A DNA stretch of 64,000 nucleotides from Octopus sinensis (GCF_006345805.1 NC_042997.1:196788001-196852000), one strand, 5' to 3'; counted from the first letter of the stretch, positions 13,478-26,468 are shown. The notes: generated by a model from the sequence alone, not told the origin. Numbers and translations: made by a program.

Positions 13478-13855
13478 ATGCCTGTAGGGCTAAGAAGTTC
13501 CTTTTACAACCACATGTACGGCACCTTGAACGAATGTCGTCTACATATTGTCACGGGCCGGCCAAAGACTTGCGAGTGAATGAGGAAACTCTACGGAATA
13601 CCGTCGCATATCTTTATATGCGAATGTGAGTACATGTCTTTCTTGTACTTGTGCTGTGTTTATTCCCATGCCACAGAGAGAAAATCGATGCTGGTTTGAT
13701 TAGGGCCATGTAACATAGCATTTCAGGAAAAGACCCTGATAAACTAGGAAGAACTAAATATAAATAAATATAGGGGTTACCGTGTTCAACTAAAACCTTG
13801 ACTACGGTGTCTCAGCAATGGCTGTAATGCAATGACTGCGACATGTAAAAGAGAC
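13478..13855 (+). mobile_element. SINE family A, old and highly diverged copy
   Basis: Colinear degenerate blocks ggccggccaaagacttgcgagtg, gatgctggt, aatgactgcgacatgtaaaaga. Confidence 0.6.
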
Positions 13856-13944
13856 AAACGTATCTTTGCTGACAAATTGAGCAGCAAAATATAAACTAAT
13901 AATTTAGTCCTAAAACGTAATGATTCAATATATATTTGTTTACT

Positions 13945-14163
13945 GCGCACAAGGGGCTAAACATAGAGGGGACAAACAAAGACAGACATAGGTATTAAGT
14001 CGATTAAATCGACTCCAGTGCGAAAATGGTACTTTATTTATCGACCTCGAAAGGATGAAAGGCAAAGTGGACCTCGGCGGAACTTGAACTCAGAGCGAAA
14101 CGGCAGACGAAATACGGCTACGCATTTCGCGAAGCGTGCTAACGTTTCTGCCAACTCGCCGCC
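13945..14163 (-). mobile_element. SINE family B
   Basis: cacaaggggctaaacatagagggg...cgaaaggatgaaaggcaaagtggacctcggcgg...gccaactcgccgcc. Confidence 0.9.
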
Positions 14164-14594
14164 CTTGTAATGATTCAATATATACAAGCAAATCAGTTTG
14201 GAGTTTAAGCAGACGAACGTGGGCGGTGGGGGAGGGGGGGAAGAAAACCCAAGGAGGAAAAACGATATCAAGTCAGATCAAAAAACAAAAAGAAAAAAAA
14301 AATCTATTACGATGCGTTAGGAAGCCCGAAGATGTTTTGCTTGAAGAGTGTAATGTGAAATTTATAGCATGGAAAGGATTCTATAATTGATTATAAAATT
14401 GTTGAGAAAAGTAAGTCAAGCATAGACATTCCATGCACTTAGGGAATATAGTGTATGTCACATTAAGTACAATTATTTGCAGATAATGGTGTAAAGCTGG
14501 CGTTTTACCAATCACAATATTTTTATGGTCTTCTGTATTTGGAGGTCGTGAAGTATATAGGACTCAGATAGGAACTCGGCATCATTTGACACGA

Positions 14595-16460
14595 ATTATA
14601 TGAACAGTGTATAACACACACACATATTATATGAACAGTGTATAACACACACATATTATATGAACAGTGTATAACACACACATATTATATGAACAGTATA
14701 TAACACACACATATTATATGAACAGTGTATAACACACACATATTATATGAACAGTGTATAACACACACATATTATATGAACAGTATATAACACACACATA
14801 TTATATGAACAGTGTATAACACACACATATTATATGAACAGTGTATAACACCACATATTATAGAACAGTGTTATACACACACATATTATTGAACAGTGTA
14901 TAACCACACATATTATATGAACAGTGTATAACACACACACATATTATATGAACAGTGTATAACACACACATATTATATGAACAGTGTATAACACACACAT
15001 ATTATATGAACAGTGTATAACACACACATATTATATGAACAGTATATAACACACACATATTATATGAACAGTGTATAACACACACATATTATATGAACAG
15101 TGTATAACACACATTATATGAACAGTGTATAACACACACACATATTATATGAACAGTGTATAACACACATTATATGAACAGTGTATAACACACACACATA
15201 TTATATGAACAGTATATAACACACACATATTATATGAACAGTGTATAACACACACATATTATATGAACAGTGTATAACACACACATATTATATGAACAGT
15301 GTATAACACACACATATTATGAACAGTGTATAACACACACATTATATGACAGTGTATAACACACACACACATATTATATGAACATTAACACACACACATA
15401 TTATATGAACAGTATAACACACACACATATTATATGAACAGTATAACCACCACATATTATATGAACAGTGTATAACACACCATATTATATGAACAGTGTA
15501 TAACACACACATTTATATGAACAGTGTATAACACCCACACATATATATATGAACAGTGTATACACACACATATTATATGAACAGTGTATAACACACACAT
15601 ATTATATGAACAGTATATAACACACACATATTATATGAACAGTGTATAACACACACATATTATATGAACAGTATATAACACACACATATTATATGAACAG
15701 TATATAACACACACATATATTGAACAGTGTGATAACACACACATATTATATGAACAGTGTATAACACACACATATTATATGAACAGTGTATAACACACAC
15801 ATATTATATGAACAGTGTATAACACACACATATTATATGAACAGTGTATAACACACACATATTATATGAACAGTGTATAACACACACATATTATATGAAC
15901 AGTATATAACACACACATATTACATGAACAGTATATAACACACACATATTATATGAACAGTGTATAACACACACATATTATATGAACAGTGTATAACACA
16001 CACATATTATATGAACAGTGTATAACACACACTATTATAATGAACAGTGTATAACACACACATATTATATGAACAGTGTATAACACACACATATTATATG
16101 AACAGTGTATAACACACACATATTATATGAACAGTGTATAACACACACATATTATATGAACAGTGTATAACACACACATATTATATGAACAGTATATAAC
16201 ACACACATATTATATGAACAGTGTATAACACACACCTATATATATGACAGTATATAACACCCATAATTACATGAACAGTATATAACACACACATATATGA
16301 ACAGAAAAATAAAAACATATATAACACACACATTATATGAACAGTGTATAACACACACATATTATATGAACAGTGTATAACACACACATATTATATGAAC
16401 AGTGTATAACACACACATATTATATGAACAGTGTATAACACACACACATATTATATAAAC
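14595..16460. repeat. 29-bp minisatellite, about 64 copies (attatatgaacagtgtataacacacacat)
   Basis: Period 29, e.g. 14941 to 14970; scattered 1-2 bp indels and g/a variants. Confidence 0.97.
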
Positions 16461-16496
16461 ATATGTATATGTATGTATGTATGTATGTATGTATAT

Positions 16497-16866
16497 GGAA
16501 GCACTCCGTCGGTTACGACGACGAGGGTTCCGGTTGATCCGAATCAACGGAACAGCCTGCTCGTGAAATTAACGTGTAAGTGACTGAGCACTCCACAGAT
16601 ACGTGCACCCTTAACGTAGTTCTCGGGGATATTCAGCGTGACACAGTGAGTGACAAGGCCGGCCCCTTGAAATACAGGTACAACAGAAACAGGAAGTAAG
16701 AATGAGAGAAAGTTGTGGTGAAAGAGTACAGCAGGGATCACCACCATCCCTGCCGGAGCCTCGTGGAGCTTTAGGTGTTTTCGCTCAATAAACACTCACA
16801 ACGCCCGGTCTGGGAATCGAAACCAGCGAGTCCGCTGCCCTAACCACTGGGCCATTGCGCCTCCGT
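16497..16866 (-). mobile_element. SINE family C, near full-length
   Basis: Highly similar to 11418-11800; its 3' tail runs through (TACA)n into the 29-bp array. Confidence 0.93.
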
Positions 16867-16895
16867 ATGTATATACACATATATATATGTGTGTC

Positions 16896-16928
<33 letters not shown>

Positions 16929-17364
16929 ATGTATACATATATATATATATATATGCTAACTAAATACGCACTCATATATACATATATGTATGTATATGTA
17001 AGGACATATATAATATATGTATGTATGTATCAAAACAGCATTCTAAGCATAAGTATACACGATTTTATGTTTAATAACCGCCAGATGTTACTGAGTGACT
17101 GAGAGGGCGAGAATTTCTTGCCTTTGATGATTGCCAACGGACGAAACTGTCGGCCCTTACGTCACTCAATAACTTTAATTGATTGTTAATTAAAAACATA
17201 CCTATTATACCTACACATAGTTATACACGCATATACACACATCATGCAATCACCAAACACTCACATACGAACACACAGACACACAACATGTAATCAACAA
17301 ACACACACAACACACACTTATACACACATGTTGATTAACATGAGAAATTTGTTGAAGAATATAT

Positions 17365-17535
17365 TCTTTTCTACTCTAGGCACAAAGCCTCAAATTTGGG
17401 AGTGGGGGATGGTGACAGCCGATTAGATCGATCCCAGTACACAGCTGGTACTTAATTTGTCGACCCCGAAAGGATGAAAGGCAAAGTTGACCTTGGCGGA
17501 ATTTGAACTCAGGACGTAAAGACAGATGAATATTC
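17365..17535 (-). mobile_element. SINE family B, partial
   Basis: ggcacaaagcctcaaatttggg...cgaccccgaaaggatgaaaggcaaagttgaccttggcggaatttgaactc. Confidence 0.85.
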
Positions 17536-17711
17536 TTGAAGAATATTCCTTCCCCTTCCTTGTTTCTTTTCAGATCGCTGCCTTTATGTCAGCCGACCCA
17601 GTCGAATCCCCCACACTTGTATCAGAACTCAGAACATAGAAGACTGGATCGAAAAACACAAATTCCATTGTATATCGCTGTAACATTTCCACCACACGGG
17701 TGAACATTGTT

Positions 17712-18240
17712 TTTTCTCGACAATGGAATTTACCATGCTACGCCAGACTTCACGGTCCATCATGGCATTACAGAGGTCCTGTTGCTGGATGCCTGTATCC
17801 CTGGAGATTACATCAGGGTAGGAGAGTGTGCGCCCTCTGCGAGTAGATGGCTTCCAGAGGAGAAGAGTAGAAATTACTTCTTTTTCAGCTCTACAACAAT
17901 GTCCAGCAAACTGGACTCTCCTACCTTTCACAAGAGATGACACGGGTGGTAATTTCTCATATATTTGCATTTTGGTTGGATGGCGCTTCCACGAGAGATT
18001 TTGAGCTCTCATAAGGAGGCGAGTGTAGGTTCCATCCAACCGCCTCTCAAGCTTCTTTGATAACGTCCAGGTTTCTGAGCCATATAGTAGAATTGGTTCG
18101 ACTGTGGCTTTGAAGATTTCAAGTTTGAAGTCTCTACTTAGATTTGATGACCAGATCTTATGCATGTCATAAGCTTTATGCCTTCCAACGCCGTTACTAC
18201 TTTCCAATACATCAAACTGTTTCTGAAAGAGGAGACATAA
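17712..18240 (-). pseudogene. RTE-clade LINE, C-terminal post-RT fragment (5'-truncated)
   Basis: KLEIFKATVEPILLYGSETWTLSKKLERRLDGTYTRLLMRAQNLSW...RRVQFAGHCCR...DREVWR matches RTE post-RT motifs (LLYGxETW, F/WAGH, DRxxWR). Confidence 0.9.
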
Positions 18241-19280
18241 AAATCGTCGTGAAACATAGCCCGAACATTCTGTGTATTCATACATTATGTTACAAGAATT
18301 GTCATTCAAACGATGATGCGAGCCTCCACCGCAGTATAGAAGCAGAAGTGAAGTTGGAAATAGCAAAGCCTGATAAAAGTCAGCTTGCTTCAGAAGCCTT
18401 AGTATCTGATTTTACACAACCGCTATAGAAAACAGCCTTCCTACCAGATCTCCGAATAACAAATACATTGAAAAGAAAGAAATTCCATTCGCTGATAAAT
18501 GAAGGATTTTCACATGTGTTAGAAATCATTATCAAGACCATTTGACGTGAATAACAGTAGTCATACAGCATAAAAATCTATAATAGTTATGTTGCTTCTT
18601 AGAAATACAGAAATTTTAGTAACAAACATATTAAGTATGACTAAATATATTTCATCTCCAGCAAAGCTTGGAAGTGGCAATAAATTTTTTGTTAACTTTG
18701 GCATCATATTGAAAACGAACTGAAAATAGTATCACAAAGACCGTTCACAGTTATATATTTCTTTACATTCTATTATGTGCGCATGCACATGCCGTGTCAA
18801 TGGTTTGGCTGATAGTCACTTAACATATGAAAAAAGTAATGTGTCTATCTATCGATCAGTATATATATATATATATATATATTATGTGAAATAGAAAGAT
18901 GAATAATCTTGTAGTAGATTAATCAACAGTTTAACCGATACCTTATCAAACGCACACACGTACACAAAAAATGTTTTCTACCCCTACGCCAACACACACA
19001 TATATAGAACAGTATACACACACACAGTCTCTAAGTAGATTTTTTCTCGCCACTTATAAAAATCCAATATTCTTTAAATAGTCAGATCTTTATTCTCGGT
19101 CACAAAGAACATCTATACACCCTCACCCACATGATTGACCGATGCCTGACCCGGTGAATTCTTCAGCCACCGGTTCTCAACATACACTGATAAACAGTTT
19201 CGCCATGGGCTCTTAGGAGCACGTTCGCTTTGTTTTTTTGCTCCGCCTCTGTTCTGTTTGTTTTTTCCAACTGATTTCTT

Positions 19281-19369
19281 TTTTCTTCCTGAAGAGAAAG
19301 ACACAATATGGTCCCATTATCAATCGGATTTTGGTAATTCGTGCCTTTCGAAACACGTGTAGAATGAAA
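19281..19369 (+). ncRNA. Type I hammerhead ribozyme (candidate), extended stem II
   Basis: ttttcttc CTGAAGA GAAAGacac-[36 nt]-gtgcCTTTC GAAAC ACGT GTA gaatgaaa; stem I 3 bp + mismatch + 4 bp; stem III within the palindrome ACACGTGT. Confidence 0.75.
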
Positions 19370-19418
19370 TAAACGATTTCTGTTCAATCTGCGTTCAGCT
19401 CCATTTCTTCAATTCACC

Positions 19419-19457
<39 letters not shown>

Positions 19458-19514
19458 AATATATATATATATCATGGATTTATAACGTGACGGTTTTAGA
19501 ATTTCTTGTCCAGT

Positions 19515-19575
19515 GACTCACACTGAAGAAGGTTGAGGCCTCGGGCCAACAGCCGAAACCATGGTATATGGGGTT
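19515..19575 (+). ncRNA. Hammerhead ribozyme core (candidate, partly degenerate)
   Basis: CTGAAGA A GGTTG aGGCCtcgGGCC AAcaGCC GAAAC CATG GTA; palindrome ACCATGGT; stem I imperfect. Confidence 0.55.
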
Positions 19576-19744
19576 GATTTCTTCGACTAAAACCATTCGA
19601 GCTGGTGCTCAAATTACTGCCCTCAATTACTTAAACAAGATACACGCACACACACACACACGTATATAGTGGTTTGAATTTTATCAATTTCACTTAGTCT
19701 AGTAATACGAACCCACACACATATGCATACAAATAATGATTGTG

Positions 19745-19771
19745 AGCAAATCTTATATCTATCTATCTATC

Positions 19772-19802
<31 letters not shown>

Positions 19803-20250
19803 ATATAATATAATATATATATATATATATATAATATATTCTATATATATATATCTATATATATATATCTATATATATATCTATATATATATCTATATAT
19901 ATATTCTATATATATATATATATAATATATCTATATATATATATATATCTATATATATATATATTATAATATATAATCTATATTAATCTATATATCTTAT
20001 ATATTATATATATATATATCTATATATATATATCTTATATATATATAATATATATATATAATCTATATATCTATATATATATATCTATATATATATATCA
20101 TATATATATATATCTATATATATATATATCTATATATATATATATATCTAATATATATATATATCTATATATATATATATCTATATATATATATATCTAT
20201 ATAATATTATTATATATATATATATATAATATATGATATATATATAATAC
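19745..20250. repeat. Long (TA)n / (TATC) compound microsatellite
   Basis: Direct inspection. Confidence 0.97.
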
Positions 20251-20865
20251 ACGAATACAAGCCACACTCACATGCACGTTAAAGAAAGTGTGTTTGTGTG
20301 CGCGCTTATGCAAATGCAACTATGAATATAAGTGTTTATATATGAATGAGTTCAATTTTACAAGTTGACACCTAAGCATATTCTTTGCCTCAGTAATCAA
20401 TCATTGATCAAAGGTTGCCAGTTGGACAACAGAATATTTGATATTAGTCTATGATTTCTCTGTATACACATCACAGTGTTTTTCTAACACACATTATCTT
20501 GATCGATATTAATAGTGATAGGGCAAGCTGTCTGCAGAACATTCTCAATGTGTCAGCTTGGCAAGTAGCGTAAAAGTTTTTATCAAGTAATTCTTGACTT
20601 TTTTCTGTCACTGTTTTGTTAGTACAAGATAAATATATATAAAGCAGATAGAAAATAATGAAAGAAAGATATCGAAAACTTCATTTGCAGATAAAAATAC
20701 TTTCTATGTGCGAAAATCATTAGCAAACAATAACCACCTCATAAGTTATAAGAATATTTGTAAATTAATATTCGTCTTGATTTAGGTTTGGTCTTATTAC
20801 TGGTAGAATTTATGTGGTTAGCAGGCTACTGCATGCAACCTTAGATACATACAAACTTTCAATAA

Positions 20866-21260
20866 TCTTTCAAGAGCTCAAATGCCTTCTGATAAACTAT
20901 GCTGTTCCTAAGAGGCAACCTTTCTGTAGAAGCTTAACAGGGCATTCTATTCTAATCTCCAACCAGTTGTCTATACCTATTTCTTTATAACCCACAAGGG
21001 GCTAAACATAGAGGGGACAAACAAGGACAGACATAGGTATTAAGTCGATTACATCGACCCCAGTGCGTAACTGGTACTTAATTTATCGACCCCGAAAGGA
21101 TGAAAGGCAAAGTGGACCTCGGCGGAAATTGAACTCACAACGTAACAACAGACGAAATACGGCTACGCATTTCTACCGGCGTGCTAACGTTTCTGCCAGC
21201 TCGCCGCCTTCCAGTTGTCTTTCCCATTAGCCACAGTTCCTTAGTTCAGGAGAACCTTAA
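20866..21260 (-). pseudogene. 3'-terminal relic of a possible RLE-type (R4/Dong-like) non-LTR element, interrupted by a SINE
   Basis: Joining across the SINE gives GKDNWLEIRIECPVKLLQKGCLLGTA*FIRRHL, similar to the LQKAxLLGTAxILRxxL terminus of RLE LINEs (motif from recall). Confidence 0.4.
20973..21210 (-). mobile_element. SINE family B, full single-module copy with 10-bp TSD
   Basis: ccagttgtct at 20963-20972 and 21211-21220. Confidence 0.95.
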
Positions 21261-21814
21261 CTGTTTTCATATTTCAAGTTCTCGTAATTTCAAACTTTAA
21301 GGGATTGTATTTTTTAAAAGTTGTTCCTTTTCTTTCTTTACAATTCTGGGCTCAAACGGACATGTTGACTCAATCGTGGAGCAGAAAAAAAAAAAAAAAA
21401 ATAATAGATAAAGACAAACTTTCCTTTCTAATATCTAATTACCCTCATTTTACTGTATAAGTTCAAATCCTGCTGTTGTTATATTTGACTTCTATTTTTA
21501 TATTTTAAGATTAATGAAATAAATTGAAATAAAGAATTAGGATTCATAAAATCTGTGGTGCTTCTTCAAAATTTGTTATTTTTGCCCTAATTAGGTATGA
21601 TTCTTTATAAGAGTTAAAAGAAATACAAAAGAATGTTGAAATATGTAAAATTGATGATTTATGGAAAATATATTTCATTCTATTATTTTCCATCATATAT
21701 ATATATATATACATGGGTATGTATCATTGTGTATAGACGAAAGTATTACCCAAAGAAATTCCAATTTTGTCTGATTTTCATGTTTTATTTACAATCTTAT
21801 TAATAATACAATAT

Positions 21815-22020
21815 GTGGAGGCGCAATGGCTCATTGGTTAGGGCAACGGTCTCGCGGTCGTAGGATCGCAGTTTCGATTCCCAGACCGGGCGTTGTGAGT
21901 ATTTATGGAGCGAAAACTCTTAAAGCTCCACGATGCTCCGGCAGGGGGTGGTGTCATTTCAAGGCTAAAACAATGTGACCAGCGATGTGTAGCAACCTCT
22001 GATGGCCTGGTCGGTCACGA
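21815..22020 (+). mobile_element. Chimeric SINE: family C head joined to a different 3' module
   Basis: gtggaggcgcaatggc...gtttcgattcccagacc followed by gtgtcatttcaaggctaaaacaatgtgaccagcg...ggtcggtcacg; this tail is also present, reversed, in the 56520-56825 element. Confidence 0.7.
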
Positions 22021-22156
22021 TCTATAGTAACAGAGAATTAAGTCCGGAATCAACCTTGAGCGATTCCTACTTTCGAGGTTACGGAATTAGCCGAAACTGA
22101 CCGATTAGTATAAGGAATTCTCGACCGTTCTTTTCGGGCGATTACAGTGCCTGTCA

Positions 22157-22239
<83 letters not shown>

Positions 22240-23514
22240 AACTACAGCATTAGAGGTTTTTAGCTCTTATTTCTAGCAAATGTAGGTGTTCCAACACCGT
22301 GGTCATATTTAGTGACGTTTATAGTTTTCCTATTTGGAAGCACATTTCACACAGCTATCTAAATTGATTTTAGATATATATATGTGTGTGTGCATGTGTA
22401 AATTTATACATGTACGTTGTTGTCCGTGAGTGTGTGTGTGTGCGTGAGTGAGTGAACGACTTCAGCGCCCTAAATTCCATTCGCATGACATTGGTCATCA
22501 CAAGCCTATTGCAGAATTCATTTGCTCAGGGAGCGGCATATCAAGAGTGAGATCTCGAATCCCTCGGTTAGAAAGCAAAAATCTTCAACCACCGTGCAAA
22601 TGCCAAACAAACTTGAAAGAACTATGAAATACTGCAAACTCAGTGAAAGCGGAGAAAACTTTATATATTCCAAAAAGTCACAATCTTTGTAAAGAACCAA
22701 AATAAATGAACAACACTTAGAAAATCACTGTATATCAAGGACTTTGGTACATCTGATAACCTTGCATAATAAAATACTAATTGAAATAACAATCAAATTA
22801 AAAGTTGCATTCCAATTCCATTTCTTAATGTTCGGTAAATTTTCAGACATTATATTAATATAATCAGATTGAAAATTCTTTCAAGAACGAAATAATAGGC
22901 TTCTTTATTCTGATTAGCTCCTCTGACAGAAATCTTTGGTTTTGTTTCTTACGAATTTGGAAACGTTGAGGAAATTTAAAGTGTTTATTAAACTTTACTA
23001 ATTAACTTATGTTTTGCGAGGAGAACGTTTAAGGAATGTATTAAATTCTATTAAGAACTTTATATTATATTAGCTGAAATTAACACAGGTGTTACTCCAG
23101 CACCTAGAATTGTGTACTAAACTATTTAAATCTTTCAGTATGACTTGTATTTTCAACAAAGAAACTACAAATCATACACACACACACACACAGAGGTTGG
23201 GTGGTGAAAACAAGAAAGATTGAGCTCGATATATGAATGTATGTCTATTTTATGTTAATGTTTATCAAAAGCAACAGAGTGACTCAAGGACTGAGAGTTT
23301 CGTGCGTTGGTACTTGAAGCACACTGGTCGGTCCAGCTCTATGGTAGAAGCATTTGTTCAAGATGACAAACGCTGGGACTGAACAGAACCGAGCTGAAAA
23401 CACAAGGATGCAAAGCGAGCTTCTTCCCCACACAGACATACAAATAATTTAACAGTTACGATAATAATACATATTATATATATTTATTTACAATATATAA
23501 TTCATATTTATAGA

Positions 23515-23650
23515 AAAAGAAAGACGAAGACAGTTGTGGGAACAACAAGGAAGTCTTTTAGTTTAGCGCTGAGGAACTATGGAAAATGTTTTAATATTTT
23601 GAGCGTACGCTCATCGACAGAAAGGAATAAGACGAAACAAATACAGAGAC
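23515..23650 (-). repeat. PLE pseudo-LTR-like repeat with degenerate hammerhead core (CTGTCGA)
   Basis: Colinear with 45410-45560 and 62905-63065; tttCTGTCGA tGAGCgtacGCTC aaaa. Confidence 0.6.
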
Positions 23651-24082
23651 AATGGAAATAAAAATGCGTTGAGTTCAGTGCTCCAGCATGGCCCGTTCTA
23701 TTATATATATATATTATATATATATATATTATATATATATATATTATATATATATAAACCAGCTCTCACAAGACGCCGGAGGAAGCATTAGACTTACTTT
23801 AATAAAAGCGAGAGCGACGAAAATGACAAGAAACTATAACTGCTATACATGTAAATAGCAGTAAAATATATGTAATTGTTGGAGAGAGAAGAAATATGTA
23901 AATTAAAGAGTAAACATTTCTGTCCAAAAGATTGAAATATTAAATTAAAGAGACACTAAAATTATGTCTTCCAGATAAATGTTAGACATAAATAAAATAA
24001 ATGGTAAAAAGGAAATGTAAACAGCAATAAAAATGATTGCTCCAGTAATTTAGAATCCACCTATAATTTCATGTAATTTACG

Positions 24083-24557
24083 TGAAAACATGGCTTTGTG
24101 GTATGATGTTTGGTTTCCACCTACATGCTTTCGGTTTCGGTCTCACTGCGTGGAAAAATTGGGCGAGTGTTTGCTGCTATATCTCCGGATCGAACAATAC
24201 TTGTGAGTGGATTATTTTAATGGAAACTGAATGACCATTGTATCTATTTACCTATCTAACAGTATGTATGTATGTATATCTACATACTTGTGTGTGTGTG
24301 TCAGTGCGCATGTGTGTGTATGTCCGTATGTATGTCCGTATCTTGGTTCGTGCCTGTCTCCCATCACCGCTTGGTAACCGGTGTTGTTTTGTTTACGTCC
24401 CTTTAAACTGGCAGCTCGGCAAAAGAGAGCAATAGAATTCGTATAAGACATTAAAAAATATGTACTGGGAGCAATTTGTTCGACTAAATATTTCAAAGCA
24501 CGTTCCAGCATGGCCGCAGACCCATCACAGAAACAAGTAAAGATAGAAGATAAAAAT
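24083..24557 (+). mobile_element. SINE family A, diverged
   Basis: Head, central block, (TG)n and gttccagcatggccgcag...gaaacaagtaaagatagaag tail are colinear. Confidence 0.8.
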
Positions 24558-24609
24558 ATTGTGTGAGCAAGCGTTGCACACGTCGACTCGAGCTTGCGTG
24601 GCATCCGAG

Positions 24610-25012
24610 TCTGGTTGGGTAGTAAGAAGCTTGCTTCCCAAACACTTGGTTCTGGGTTCAGTCCCACTGTACAAATGTTTTCTACTATAGCCAAGGGCCG
24701 ATCAAATCCTTGTGAATGTATTTGGTAGACGAAAGCTGAAAGGAGCCGACGTGCCTATATATGTTTATATATCTGTGTGTGTGTGTGTATGTATCTTTCT
24801 CTCTGTGTTTGTCCCAACCATTCCTTGACAAGCGATGTGGGTGTGCTTGCATCTCCGTAACTTAATGGTTTGGCAAAAGAGACCGATAGAATAAGAACCA
24901 GGCTTAAAAATAAGTACTAAGATCCATTAATTCAATTAAAAATTCAATGCAGTGCCCCTGCATGGCCGAAATTTAATGCCTAAGCATGTAAACGATAACA
25001 AATAAAAGATAA
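24610..25012 (+). mobile_element. SINE family A, diverged
   Basis: gtaagaagcttgcttccc...ggttcagtcccactg...tttggtagacg...ggcaaaagagaccgatagaataag. Confidence 0.8.
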
Positions 25013-26117
25013 TTTCAGATCAATTCAGTCTTTCTGCTTAAAATTTAGAAGATGACGCTGTGGTCGAAGATACACTGCATCAAGTTAAGTTTGAAGTTTA
25101 CGTTAAGGGTATACGTGTCTGTGAAATACCCAACCGCTTATATAATTCAGTAGCAGTTTGGATCTCAGATTCTCGAGAAGGCAAGTAGTATGTGAAACAC
25201 TTGATGATTACTAGTTTCGCCAACGAAGCTTGCGTTCTTCTTAGTTGCAGACTTCGACCTATATGCTGTTATATGGGAAAACAAGCTTTATTTGTTCAAT
25301 GAAATAAAAAATGCTCCCTAATTGTACATACAATGACCAGAAAATAGATTAACAATGGCCAAATGTTATATGAATAAGCAATATTATACATAAATATGTT
25401 ATGTTACTAACACACTGCGTGACCATATAAAGAGGGTCATATGTAGACTAATTCCAAAGAGATTCAAAACTTGTATCTAAGAAAAGGGTCTTTGAAACAA
25501 CAGCTATAAACTTATTGAATAAAAAATATCTGGTGACACGCGAGCTTTGGAAATATATTCTTTAACAAGGACAAAACATGGAAAAGTAAAACAGAAAGAA
25601 AGAAAAAAAAATGCTTGTGTTTGGAATGGCGTTCATCGAGGATCTGTTTCTCTTTAAATAATGTGAATACCATTCCGTGACTAACGTTTGGCATTAAAAG
25701 AATTGAAAAAAAACGAATGAGAAACAAACAAATTTCTTTGTATTTTAGGTTTGAATCTATTATTTGATTAGGCCCGATTAAGAAAGAATTTACACACACC
25801 ACACACACATACATACATACATACACACACAAACACGCACACACAGATAAATAAATAAAGGCAAACACACGTATGACATAAATAATACGCGCACACTTAC
25901 ACACACACGCGACACATATGTTTATATATATTTCAGTGCCTATATATATGTGTGTTTGTGTGTGTGTTTTAGTGATTGTGTGTGGTCCATGTCTTATATT
26001 TAAACATGTTTTGATTTGTTCAGAGTCGATCGATAGTTCACCTTAAATCTAAAATGTTAATATCGAGAAAAACAAAATTATGAAGAAAATGAAAAACAAA
26101 CAAAAACGAAGCAAATA

Positions 26118-26254
26118 CTATACAAATATTCTTCCATAGTTTTGCCGTATTATTATTATTATTATTATTATTAATGTTATTATCATTATTGTCGTTGTTG
26201 TTATAGGTTGTCTGTTTGATGAAGAGCAGGTGATGTTTGAAGAGCTTTCTGGAG
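26118..26254 (-). CDS. Candidate terminal coding exon (PESSSNITCSSSNRQPITTTTIMIITL(I)8RQNYGRIFV*)
   Basis: Long polypyrimidine tract with acttac branch-like site ending tttcaaag|; phase 1, compatible with the 26357-26468 exon across a 102-nt intron. Confidence 0.3.
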
Positions 26255-26356
26255 CTTTGAAAGAAATGTTTGTAAGTAAAAAGAGATAGAAGAGAAATAA
26301 AGTTGAAGGTAGGCCGACTGTTCACCTTTAATCCTCTATTTTGAAGCTATCCTTAC

Positions 26357-26468
26357 TGTAGTGTTGTATATACTCCCTGACCTCACATACACATGGATCA
26401 ATAAACAGTGTGGATTTCTCTATGCGAGCAGCGTGTGCCGTGTAGATTGCGTATATCTGTGTGCAGGT
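26357..26468 (-). CDS. Candidate internal coding exon (TCTQIYAIYTAHAARIEKSTLFIDPCVCEVREYIQHY), family unrecognised
   Basis: Acceptor ctcaccatacag|, donor CTACA|gtaagg, only one open frame, GC content well above background. Confidence 0.4.

Noticed and set aside
26207-26271. Plus-strand exon GCLFDEEQVMFEELSGALKEMF with gtaagt donor
   Set aside because: Weak acceptor, and the same bases are better explained as the branch site and exon of the minus-strand candidate. Not excluded without RNA data.
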